Origin: Stylophora pistillata
Lineage: Eukaryota
Direction: 5' to 3'
Length of the DNA: 64,000 nucleotides
Assembly (NCBI RefSeq): GCF_002571385.2
Contig: NW_019217796.1
Location: 1,029,434-1,093,433 of the forward strand
The position numbers and the translations under genes were made by a program. Shown in pieces: positions 1-12,195 of the stretch (position 1 is the first letter of the stretch; every line of letters begins with the position of its first letter). The notes under the pieces were generated by a model. That model was not told the DNA's origin. It ran no database searches and saw only the letters and a list, made by a program, of their open reading frames with translations.

Positions 1-606
1 AAAACAATGGATAGGGATGATGGTGCGCTCTGATGATGATAGTCAAAACAATGGATAGGGATGATGGTGCGCTCTGATGATGATAGTGAAAACAATGGAT
101 AGGGATGATGGTGCGCTCTGATGATGATAGTGAAAACAATGGATAGGGATGATGGTGCGCTCTGATGATGATAGTCAAAACAATGGATAGGGATGATGGT
201 GCGCTCTGATGATGATAGTGAAAACAATGGATAGGGATGATGGTGCGCTCTGATGATGATAGTGAAAACAATGGATAGGGATGATGGTGCGCTCTGATGA
301 TGATAGTGAAAACAATGGATAGGGATGATGGTGCGCTCTGATGATGATAGTGAAAACAATGGATAGGGATGATGGTGCGCTCTGATGATGATAGTGAAAA
401 CAATGGATAGGGATGATGGTGCGCTCTGATGATGATAGTGAAAACAATGGATAGGGATGATGGTGCGCTCTGATGATGATAGTGAAAACAATGGATAGGG
501 ATGATGGTGCGCTCTGATGATGATAGTGAAAACAATGGATAGGGATGATGGTGCGCTCTGATGATGATAGTGAAAACAATGGATAGGGATGATGATGCGC
601 TCTGAT
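1..606. repeat. 44-bp tandem minisatellite, about 13.8 copies (runs off the left edge)
   Basis: Unit aaaacaatggatagggatgatggtgcgctctgatgatgatagt(g/c) starts at 1, 45, 89 ... 573; near-identical copies. Confidence 0.97.
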
Positions 607-880
607 CGGTTACTCCAACTCTGCATATTCTTTGGTCTTAACTTTCGAGCAACTCGCGCGGAATTTGTGCACCAAAAAATTGTAATCGTCACAAGAATAA
701 ATGAATCAAAATCCTCTCCTTGTGTTGTTTTATCTCACTGTTTTATAAAAGTTATACTGAAACAACTATTCACCTCAGCATTGGTAGCTAACCGTGGATA
801 TTAACCTCGCCGCTTCGTGGCTTGGCTAGTATCCACCACTAGCTAGCTGCTTCCACTTCAGTGAATAGTTGCTAATTAAC
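595..880 (-). mobile_element. Degenerate non-autonomous hairpin repeat, similar in layout to the 41733 and 15152 elements
   Basis: Imperfect inverted repeat aacaactattcacc...gtgaatagttg around a central gccgcttcgtggc; gcgctctgatcggtt motif at the other end. Confidence 0.45.
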
Positions 881-950
881 CGCTATTTAGGTTTCTGGCT
901 TGATACAACTGACTGATCAACCGGAAATTATTGTTTTCAAGTAAAATGTT

Positions 951-2069
951 TTACACAGCACTTGATTTGCTCTTTGCTAGTAATTCTAGAACTTCATTGT
1001 TAACAACCACTTCTTCTATCGTAGAACGTCGAGGCCTTTTCTGATTACTACTGTTTTTTCGTGAGCTGCGAATGTTAAAATAACTGGAGAATGAGTTGGA
1101 AAAGTTGCGTTTCTTTCGGCGGCAAATCTTTAGAAATACGCTTCTAAACTCACGACTTCTCCAGCAATAAATTATGGGATTCACAAAGGACGATGCAAAA
1201 GTCAGAACCTTTACCAGTGCATTAACAAGACTCTGTTTGGCTTTGAATGTTTCAGGAAAGCATTCCGGGCAAGTTTTCTGAAGGAAGTAATAAAAACAAG
1301 ATGGAAACCAGCACACCACAAAGACGCCAATGACGATCATTATGGTAATGTTTGCTCGGCGTTCCTTGTGATTCTTGGCGGCATTTTTATTATTGTGTGA
1401 TAGCTGCCTACTACTCTGTGACATTTTCTTGACGTGGGATTGTGCTGTTAGATACATGAAACTGTAGCAAATTACAATGACAAGAAATGGAGTCATTACA
1501 TTGGTTATAATGACCATGATGCTCCACCAGTGAGTCGGACTGTAGGTGCATTCCTTATAGGGATTATCTTGTTCCCATGGGAAAAAAGGAAGGGATGAAA
1601 CCAGTAGGGCGTCCACCCAGGCAAAGACCAGTGCCAGGACTACTCGACGACGTGAGACAATAGTTATATGGTTCAGCGGATTTCTTACTGCGATCAGGCG
1701 CTCTACGCTGATGACTGATAAACTTAGAATGGAAGCATAACCCGTCAGGAAATATGACGAACGAAAAATATCGCATACAATTGTCTGCGTTGGTTCATCC
1801 CATGTAAACTTTTTCAAGATATAACTTGGAATGGCAACCAGGCCTGCTAAAGAGTCCGCGATTGCCAGGCTGAAAATTGACAAGTAGGTCACGTGACGCA
1901 AGGCAGGATGATTGTAGATGGCGAAGCATACCACGCAGTTCCCGAGGACAGTGCCAAATGAAAGAAACGCCAATGTTATCACAAGCGGAGTTCTTGGGAC
2001 CTCAGTATAAACATTATCTGTTGTGAGGACTATGGGCGGGATGTCAGTGCTGCGGTTTGACATCTGCAT
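951..2069 (-). CDS. Class A (rhodopsin-like) GPCR, 372 aa, single coding exon, orphan
   Basis: Seven hydrophobic segments with GN (TM1), LAIAD (TM2), ERL (DRY-like), CWFP (TM6), NPIIY (TM7); ttttcag acceptor 12 nt upstream of the ATG implies a 5'UTR intron. Confidence 0.93.
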   Translation of the reverse strand: MQMSNRSTDIPPIVLTTDNVYTEVPRTPLVITLAFLSFGTVLGNCVVCFAIYNHPALRHVTYLSIFSLAIADSLAGLVAIPSYILKKFTWDEPTQTIVCDIFRSSYFLTGYASILSLSVISVERLIAVRNPLNHITIVSRRRVVLALVFAWVDALLVSSLPFFPWEQDNPYKECTYSPTHWWSIMVIITNVMTPFLVIVICYSFMYLTAQSHVKKMSQSSRQLSHNNKNAAKNHKERRANITIMIVIGVFVVCWFPSCFYYFLQKTCPECFPETFKAKQSLVNALVKVLTFASSFVNPIIYCWRSREFRSVFLKICRRKKRNFSNSFSSYFNIRSSRKNSSNQKRPRRSTIEEVVVNNEVLELLAKSKSSAV

Positions 2070-2279
2070 GCTGCTGAAGATCTGAAAAGAGAGGTTTAAA
2101 AAAAGGTTTCATAAGCTCATTAAAACCGTCCAACTTACAACAATGCACTCGATTGCTGATATTTTAAAACCATCAATTCAGTAAATTGGATTATAGAGAA
2201 ACAGAAACTCCTCAAGGTGTAAGAATAAGTATAGATTACTTTCAACGTTTGTACCAACTTTGATGACAAATCCCTTTAG

Positions 2280-2567
2280 GTTACAATGAAATATATGAAG
2301 TTCATATATTTTGAACTGCGGTTTTAGATACGTATGATGCACGATCCTCTCAGTAGATAGCGCTATTTAAGCAATAGCGAAAATCAGACCTGAAAAAAAT
2401 CAGGCCTGTACGGGATTCGAACCACTGACCTCTGCGATACTAGTGTAGAGCGCTGCACTAGTATCGCAGTGGTCAGTGGTTCGAATCCCGTACAGGCCTG
2501 ATTTTTTTCAGGTCTGATTTTCCCTATTGCTTAAATAGCGCTATCTACTGCGAGGATCGTGCGTCAT
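2280..2567. mobile_element. Palindromic tRNA-derived (SINE-like) insertion with 14-bp target-site duplication
   Basis: About 117-bp inverted arms 2332-2448 / 2453-2569; B-box ggttcgaatccc at 2478-2489; acaaatccctttag at 2266-2279 and 2568-2581. Confidence 0.85.
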
Positions 2568-4612
2568 ACAAATCCCTTTAGATTTGAATTTTAAACTGTC
2601 CAAGGAAAGATCTAAGAGTATATGTCTGTGTAGGTATCACTGAGTACTAGCGATATCATAATTTTAATTTCAGAGCATCTCAAAGCGTGCAACTTGCTTC
2701 TGGTTCAAAAGTTTCAGAGGTGCTTCGCAGTGTTTCAAATTAGAATTTAGGTACCTTCAGGCGATAAAAAATATGCGAGTAACAAAAATCTTAAAAATGC
2801 AGTTCATGAATGGAAGGACAGATTCGTCTCATGAAAATAAAAATTAAATAATCCATTCATCGATGGTGACTTCGATACTTTGCTTCGAAAGAATGTACAA
2901 AAAATGTTCAATTGCGTACGTAAATCTTCGTCGTCAAATTATCATGGAATGTTATAATCCGCTGTGTTTTAACGTGTCGATACTTAAAGGGTTTTGATCT
3001 AGAGTACCTAGAGTAGCCTTTAATCGTTCAATGATATGTGAAACAGAGATTTAAAGTTGTTTTCGGACAAAATTGATTCAGAAACAATGATTTTCTGAAT
3101 AAAACAAGTGTTTAAATTCAATTTATAGCCATCCCGGGGCTAATTGGCTTAGCGTCAGGCCCCAGTGTGCAGTTCAGACATGCCTCATTGCAACGTAGTC
3201 GAACATTTTTCAATGACTGAAATTTCTTAAGGATCATTTTAGTAAATTCGTACACAAACACTTTCAGGAGCGACTCTAACTAACTTGAATTGTACCGCAC
3301 TTACGATGAAGTCGATAAACGGTATTACAGCCACCCCGTACCTTAACCGGCTATCCGTGAATCCCTAGTTACTCTTCCCTTCTTGATACTGCCCAACGCA
3401 CCAGTAAATTGTTTTACCTGGAGATTTAAAGCAATGCGCTGAATCGTATCAAAAACGTGGAACGGTGTTCGTTCGACACTGGAAACTTTAATGCACACAC
3501 ATGTCAATAAAGTTTGACCTTTTGTTCTGTAAACGTGATAACCTGCAAACACTCTTGATTTGAGTATCGATTTCAAACACTAAAATGCCTTTGGTCATAT
3601 AGAGTGTTCCGGTAGTCAGCGATGATTGTGCCCACGTCTCACTTTCCTCTGGCAAACAACGCGCGAATTCTTGCTTGGTGGAACCAAAAATCTCATAAAT
3701 CGACGCACTGGAATCATGATTTAAATCTTTTAAGCAGACGAATGAATAAGCACTTGCTTTTTCTTTTCGTGAAGCGATAACTTAACCCGAGTGCTAAGGT
3801 GTATCACGAAATCTCATTACGATCCAGGCTGGTAACGATCTTCTTGCCACAAGGATGGCAATCTTCACTCATCAGATAAAGAGCAAATTGCAGAGATCGT
3901 GCCAGGAACGTGAGATCTTTAACTGTAATGTGGCTTTGTCGCTACTGAAACATAATCTGCAATATCTACAGCCGCGTGTATAAAAAACATACAGAATCTC
4001 CGAAGATTCTGCTTTTTAGCTGCCGTTTTACGACCTTCCAATTTTTATGGACGGTAATCTTGGAGATCAGGGTTGGAACGTGCCATTCACAGACTGTCAT
4101 CTCTGGAACACCAATTACGATACAAATTTCTCAACAATTGCGTCTGGGAGCGTGGTGAAAGTAACCAATCCTTTATTTGCTTGATTCAATATCATTAAAT
4201 TTAAAATTCGTAGCGTTTTCGAATGATGATGATCAATAATAACTTGACTTTTAAGTTTTATGTGCTTTCATTCTTAGTGATAAAGTTATGAATTTGAGCT
4301 GCAATAGTATGGTACTCTCAAACAGAATGTCACTAGAAAATCAAAATTAACATCCTGGTAACAATGTATTGATGGACCTCTATATGCTCATGAAAAGCTA
4401 GCATATAAATGTTAGAAATAGTTATAAAGATTACGCAAAACATTTCATTAAAAAGGCTAAAATTGAGGCTTAAATTGCTTGAAGTTTCCCACCTATTTTT
4501 ACGAAGTATCTGACTTGACTCGTTGAAGCTACTAACAGTCGCGTAATCAATGAAATGCAAACAGGAAAATGACTTGATTTGTCATAAACGGTGATTGACA
4601 AGTCAGATGAAA

Positions 4613-4705
4613 TAGTCTCCCTGCAGCGGTGATGTTTCGGTCACGCAACGCTCCCTCTCTGAGGGAGCGTTGCGTGACCGAAACATCACGGCTGCGGGGA
4701 GACTA
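4613..4705. mobile_element. TA-flanked hairpin MITE
   Basis: tagtctcc...ggagacta; near-perfect fold-back of about 45-bp arms with a tiny loop. Confidence 0.85.
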
Positions 4706-7219
4706 GGCACGGAACGGTATGACTTCAAAGCATGAAACTCAATAGTATCAAGACGCAAGGTGAGCTAGAAATTGTCAAGTGTAAAGAGAAGCTTTACGGC
4801 CGGATTGACTAGGATGTGAAGATGCTGTTGAAACAGAGCACTGATAACTTATGATGTTGGTCAAGTTAGTTGGCCGAAAATTCCCGCTCGTCTGACATTT
4901 AAAACCTTATTTTACCCGTCTTTTAGAATATATATCTATCAACTTAATAATTTCCAAAGTTTCCATCAGTTTGTACTTTTACTGCATTTGGCCTACAGGC
5001 AGTAAAAAAATACATATAATCGATTACAATGTCAATACCGCTCAAGACACACATGTTATTAAATTGACATAAGGGAGTCGTACAAGCGTTAGACAATAGT
5101 TTCATTTCTGAGGTCTACCATAATAATAACAAAAACAAAAAATGTACGACGGTTTGGTTATCCAACACTTGCAAGATCAAGGCAAATTTGTACAGTTTTT
5201 GAAGGTAAACAACTGCGATATGAGAGTGGATATGTCTATCTGCCGTTAATTTACCGTGCGCGTCGAAAAGGATTTAAACAAAGCTTACTTCAGTCACGGT
5301 GTTAAATGTTATAGCTGTAACAATCAGACTCAACTCGTGTCAACGCAAACTTACATTGTAGAGGTGTTAGAAGAACAGGTTTGGACTCAAACTCACAGTT
5401 TTCCACCTCAGAGGTTCGACTGCTCGTCTCTTAGATGATTTCAGACAAACTTGAGAATAAAAACACGACCAACCTCACTAGATTTTTCTAGCAGTGGGGT
5501 ATTGTCGTGTGTGGGATGTTCAGCGAAAATACATATCTGAAAATACTTAACTCAACAAGATTAGAAGAGGCCATTAGCTTCTTAATTATCGACTGAAATA
5601 TCAAAATATGATAGCTCGTAAACTATTTTTATGCATAGAATCCTACCATAACATTTAACTGTAATGTAAATCGCTAATGGCACAGCAATTTATTTGTTAT
5701 TAAATTGTGTTTGAAATAAAGCGTGTGCATTGTTTAAAGGTATTTTTTTGAGAAAACACCTCATTAACCTCGCTCTTATTTGACACATACTGAAAAAAAG
5801 TATTTCTGAACAGGACAGTACAAGTGCATTGTAGGACGAGTGCTGTCTGTCTGTCGTCTGGTGAGGCCATTGCCCATTTATCGCATCATCTAAAGAAGGT
5901 CAAAGGTTTCGTATCGGGGTTTCCTTCGAACATAACAACTCAAAGAAGATCAAAGAAGTGCTGACCGTCTAGGAATGTTCAAGAAAGATGTAGGGATAAC
6001 AAGCCGTTTTTTTTTTTAAATATGTCATACAGTAAACGCGGTTTATTTTAGTTTCATGCCCACAAAAAGACTAAAATGCTAGCGGTAATTGTTAGGTATT
6101 TAATTCCTGTTTATTGTAATCACTTAAAATAAAAAACGAATCTACAATACAATTTAACTTTTAATTTTGAGAGATTTAAGCCAAAGCTGAATAGAAGGTA
6201 ATTTCTAATATATTTATTTTTATCTTTCAGCCACAGACCAAAAAATATCGACACCTGCGATTTCCTGAATGTATCTAATTATTGTATTTTCAGTAATGAG
6301 TAATTCACGCAAAAGATCACCTTGAACTTCACCTTCACAGAATCTTATTACGAAGGCTTCACCCAATATCAAATTAATTCATAGACGCAGTCAAAAATGA
6401 TTTTAAAAACATGAATATGTGATGTTGTTTTTTTCACTCTGTGAAGAGCTCAACCTTTCAATCGGTCGCTACAATTTAATAGTCAGACGAGGGGCTTTTG
6501 AGCAGAAACCGAAATTGAAATCAAAATATATAAATACGAAGAGACAGCTTAACACTTTTTTTATGAAGACGCTTCTTTATGAATAAAAACTACAATGAAA
6601 ACAAACTTTTGAATTTTTGAACGGGATATAAAAATTTTATCGAGGAACTCCAGAAAAGTGGTGATATCGGAAAATTATACGAAGATATATATTTTTCTCA
6701 ACACATATCATTTTCCATAATATATCACTTTAGAATTAATTTGGGTGGTATTTTCCGCGAGGTAAAAATGCCAAATATCCACATGGGCTGTTCTCATTTG
6801 GTTTGTGACAGGATATCACGCTGTACTAACCTTCCACTAATTTAGATTCTGCTTACATTTTTCTGCCCTCAGCTGATTTAGCCAGATGCTTGCATCGATG
6901 AAATATAATTTTTTTTCCAGTTGTACTGTATGTTTATCACAGATGGTGACCATACCTTCGATAGCTGATTGTTCGCCGGTGATAAAAATTCCCTTCCTAT
7001 TAATTAATCATGTATGAACCTAACCATATTTTAAGACGGTGGATGATAAGTAACCAATTGATCCCAGCAGGTGAAGCGCAATTGACACATTTCTAAAATA
7101 AACCTTAATAAAGACATCAAGCTTCGTCGGAGCTTGAACTTTACGTCTCGCATAGAACGGGTTAGGCGTTATCACCAGCAGAGCAACGAAACCACAAGTA
7201 AACAACATGTTCCTTTAGA

Positions 7220-7528
7220 GGCATATGGTATTTCGAGGACTGGACTGGACTGGACTGGACTGGACTGGACTGGACCAGTAAAACGTGGACTAGTAAGGCG
7301 CGGACTAGTAAACGCGGACTAGTAAACGCGGACTAGTAAAACACGAACTAGTGAAACGACAACAACAACAAAAAACAATTTCATACGAAGGCGATCATAA
7401 GACTTAATGGCAAGCCAATTTAGTGAGTGACAATCCCTGTTTGACCTTTAAGCTGCAAATGGGTTTGACATGTGCCAGATACAAANNNNNNAGTCCAGTC
7501 CAGTCCAGTCCCCGAAATAGCATATGCC
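7220..7528. mobile_element. Mutator-like MITE with (GGACT)n subterminal arrays
   Basis: TIR ggcatatggtatttcg / cgaaatagcatatgcc followed by ggact repeats; 9-bp flanks tcctttaga / tcctctaga; 6-N gap inside. Confidence 0.75.
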
Positions 7529-10500
7529 TCCTCTAGAGCGCAATGCAACTGTTTTTAATGGGTTGTTGCCTGTAGAGTGCAGGAATCTTATCGTCACAAG
7601 TTGAAATAAAACATCTTGACCTGCGGATAATAACCATATCAGCTTTTGCTATTAGATACTGATCCTCAAACTCTAGACTGTTCTTGATTAACGTGCAAAT
7701 GTTTTGACCCAATTTACTAGTACTGCATTATTCATCGAAAATGAAGAGCAAACTTCGAATTCATTACCAATAAACTAAAACCCGTCACTGCGTCTCCTGA
7801 CTCGAAAGCTGGAATCACTCCGCCGGAAGAGAAAACGAAATAACTTATGTGACCTATAAAAAAAATTAGAAATAACTCGGTAAAAAAAGCTTCCTCTCCA
7901 GTGATTAAATACGGGCTCGGAAAAAAAATTATCACTTGCTTATACTATCAGTTCTTATTTTTAACGAAGAATATTCAATTCCAGCCAAAACTTATTTAGG
8001 CTAGAAATCCGCATAAACCCACACATGAAATAAAAATACTCTGCATATTCTCTGAATATTCCAATGAGCATTCCGATTAAGTACTGTCAAAATGAAACCG
8101 AACATGGTCTTTTTGGAGTGATACATGATTTTAAGAACTGACAATTTTTTGTAAGTATTATGGGATTTATATCTCTTCTCCCAGCAATCCATGTTGGCCA
8201 AATTATCATTTAAAATAGTAATAATGATCCAACGAAATTTGATATGACTGTCACGGTCTTTTTCTAAGTAAGATGTAATACTTTGAAGTGTGGATAAATC
8301 ATTATTTTACTTACCAGACCAGATTCCAGCTCTTGTTAACGGTTAAAACATATTTGAAAGTGGTGACTTTCTCGGTGGGGCCCGGAATCCCGATGATTTG
8401 TGATGCAGAAAAACTTGTCAATGATAAAAAATGTTTCAGAATCTTCTAGCTCGATGATCTTAGCAGACTAACTAATTCTCTGTAATTCTCTGTAATTCTC
8501 TTTCTAGCGTTGGTAATATCTCGGCTACTAAAGCCAAATTAAGACTAAAAGTGACCGCAAACAAAGTGGGTTGTACAACGTTGTTAATTTACGACAACCC
8601 TCGGATTAACTGCTCCCTGGCACAGTTCTTGACCAGCTGATAAAACTTCATCGCCTGAAATTCTCAATTCCGCTCCATCCTATCTCACTGTCGCGTTGGT
8701 TAAGTGCAAACTTTCAGATAGATTATGTAATGTCCGCGCATTACTGCGTCTGTTTCAAGTTCGCTTATCACAGAACAGCTCACTCATATTATAATTTATG
8801 TGCTTAATTGTTCCTAATTTGTATTGGCATCGATATCAGCGCCACTCTGCCTTAAACGTATTTCAATTTCACTTTCAACGAGGAAAATAGCCAAATGTAA
8901 AAATAATATGCCTACATTTTTCTGTGAAGACCAGCCGTAGCTCATCTTCTTTACAAGATATCTGTATGAAATGCTAGTTGCCAAACGAATACCATTTTGA
9001 AGTTCAATACATGTTAAATTCAAACTACATGTCATCATGTTGCAGTGACTGCATAATCATTTCCAAGCCCGTGGTCGCATTAAAATGCTGAAACAAAAAT
9101 TGCATTTACACCCCACTCACTATCTGGCAGTGGAAAAATAAAACTTCCACCTTTTTTTAGATTTTATGGAGCTGTTTGGTCAATCATAAGACGAAAAAAG
9201 AAAACAATTTTCACGTAAAATCATGGCCATCGACACAACATGATATTTGGAAGCTGTAACCGACTGATCTTTCGCTTTTGCTTGAATTAATATAGCATCG
9301 CTAGCAGAAGGATATAGTTGATTACAAGTGGCAACTTGAGCTTTATAGTCTTGAAATTTGAAACAGCACAACCATCGCCCAGGAACTCTCAGTTAACAGT
9401 TTTTGATGGTTGTGTAAAACGTTTTAAAAATACGGTTCCGGTCAATGATACCTTTAGCAGGAAAACTTGAAATGCTGCCTTATACGCGATGAACACTGAG
9501 AATAACTGACTGACAAGTCAGGATGATATTCCCAGTATTATGTGTTCAGCTGTCTTCCGTACTATAGATAAAGAATTATGTAAATTCATCTTCAGTTTCA
9601 TGCAGTTATTTTCATTATTACAGCGCACGGAAAACATTTGTTGATTCCGATCAATTATTATCATTTTTATCATCATGGTAAATTATCGTGTAATGAACAC
9701 TCCTCAAAGACGAGGTTTAAATTGCCGCTTTCAATCATTCGTTGCCACGGGCAACATTAGTGTTCAGGCGTGATTGACAACATTGATTGAAAGGGGTTTG
9801 TCGATCTTAGTGCATTTTTTTCTGTCTGATGTACCACTTTCAATTATTTGATATAAATCAAGAGAAAATAATGGAGCTTTTATATTTATGTGATCTCTTG
9901 ATTAAAATTGAAATTAAAATGTTAAGTGTTTTTTCCCTTCTTGGAACACCAGAGGAAAAGAAGAAAGCTCCATGACAGGTTGCACTTTGCGAAAGTCACA
10001 TTTTGTGACAATGAGGTTGCAGTTCAGCGAGCAAGACATTGAAATCAATACATGAGCTTGCATTGCATTCTTGTCTATGGCAGCTGTTTTTATTAACAAA
10101 CTAGTGAACACCGGATTTCGACGATCTCTATCTTAGGAAAATTCGCCGGTGTGGTTTCTTTAGCATAACAAAAATCAAACACAAATGTTTTAATTTCTTT
10201 TTCATGATCCAACCAGAAATTGAGTCAGTAGCTTCCAAATCGGTGCTATCCTTGTCAGTAAAATATATGTTTTCAGTTATTTATCGTAAAGTTTACAAAA
10301 ACCAAAGGGAATGCCTGAGGCTTGGGAGAGTGGGTTTGCAACTGATTAAAATGGAAACATTTAAAAAAAGTTATCTGCACTCCCGTTAGTCACGGAAACC
10401 AAAAAATCAGAGGTTGTGTTCTAGCGACAAATGTTAAAATTTGTCACCTGTATATAGCTTTTAGAACCTGCATTTGTTTATTCTTTAGTTGTCATTGCCT

Positions 10501-12049
10501 CACCAACGACAAAATGGAAGAACAAATTTTGTCTACATTTTAGTTGAACCGACTTCGACTGAAATTTTGAGCAAAGATCCTGTCCAAATTATACTAGAAA
10601 GAGAAGAAAACTATGCGTGGTATCCAAGGTTTATTTGTTTGCTTCCCCGATATAAAAAGAAAAAAGGAGGAATGCCATTCAAAAGGTGTGAAACTGAACT
10701 GATGTTTGTAGTATTTAGGTAATTTATTCAACAGGAGAACACGATATTCAGGCCTTTTTGAAGTTGTGTAACTCAGTTTTTATAAAGAGATAACGTTCAG
10801 CGTGGCCCCCTTTGCGTTTTATACAAGCATTCTTCCTACATAAGGACTTCAGTACTATCCAAGCCAGTTCACTCTTTGGCTCAAAACAACGCCCTTGTAG
10901 TTTTTTCAAGTAATGTATTCAAACGAAAAAAACATTAATTTTCTAGCCTTTTTTAATGTTACGTAATACTGGTGAAGGGATGTCCATCAGCCCTACTCTC
11001 TTGTGCGCTCGTTATTGGCATTCTCGCCGGCTACGCAGCCTCGTAAACCAGTTCGCTCTATATTTCCCGAGGGAAAGGAAGGTACAAGCTTGGAAATGGT
11101 TTCAACTCAAATTCTGGGTCTGTCTCCGTGATCATGCTGCACGTAAATATAATTATTAGTATCTAAACCTCCAGCCACACCCTAATATATCCGAGCACAA
11201 ATATATAACTGAGGGTTGAGAAAGGACGATTGAAATATGCATATGCAGATGAAATTTCCCTCCTCGAAAAGAGCCATTTTAAACATTTCCATGCTCGTTT
11301 ATAAACAATTCTTACTGAAAAAGGCTTCGCATGGCATTTTGTCTTAGTTAACGCACCAATATCGTTACTTTGAGGGTATTATCATATTTTTTTGATTCCC
11401 ATTTTTGAAATATGAAAATTTGAATAGAAAGACATGCTGAATGTTACATGTGAATATTTAAACTTTGCCTTATTGATTTCATAAATATACAAGAATACCA
11501 ATGTTAGTTACCGTCAGTTTGAGGAAATTTGAGCGGATGAATCCGTAAAACACTTTAATATTCTTGATTTTCATCCAAACCTGTGGTCACTATTTCTTTA
11601 AGTTAGCCCCAAAATTTCAAGTACAGCTTTGCTCGCCCTTAATGCATTAATTTCATACAGCTTTGTTAAAGTATATTAATTATTAAAAATTTGAAAATGC
11701 AAAATTTATCACACAAAGAGCAGAGAGAAGCGTTTGATAAAAATTACTACTTCAATGCCTAAAATCTTTGACAACATCGAGCTAAAAAATAAGTTATTTT
11801 TCTGTTCATGTTTTTTTCTAAGTACTCACATGTTTTCGTTGGTACGTAGTTTGATCCAAAGGAAGATATTGCCACTCAGCTAGCCACGCTATGTGATATT
11901 ATTAGTTCAAGTCAACTGTTATATTAAGTTTGCTCATAATCAGGTATGCGCAATTTCCGTCAATCTCGGTAAACTTCCCAAACAAGTGAATTTGATATTA
12001 GCTCTGCGGCCTTCTATCATCACGTCCGATCTAAGCTATGATGCATTTT

Positions 12050-12195
12050 CGCGACAATATCCAGAGTGGAAAACACTTGCATTTTGGTAGAGCTTCGAGC
12101 GAGGAATCCGAAGATCTTACCTTCAATTCCTCATAGGGACTTAAAATTTTTCCATTGTCTTACGCTCGTGACAAGAAGAAAAACATCTTTCTCTC
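12050..12195 (+). mobile_element. Degenerate tRNA-derived SINE-like repeat
   Basis: tggtagagc...ttcaattcctc (decayed A/B boxes) followed by cgctcgtgacaaga...catctttctct; family recognised from memory of coral repeats. Confidence 0.45.

Noticed and set aside
1-606. CRISPR array, 134-aa ORF, or hammerhead/snoRNA (CTGATGA...GAAA) in the 44-bp repeat
   Set aside because: No unique spacers; the ORF is an artefact of the periodicity; no stem II pairing and no UUH cleavage site to match GAAAAC
2446-2495. tRNA genes here and at about 42243 and 46709
   Set aside because: Only A/B-box remnants inside repeats; no complete cloverleaf or acceptor stem
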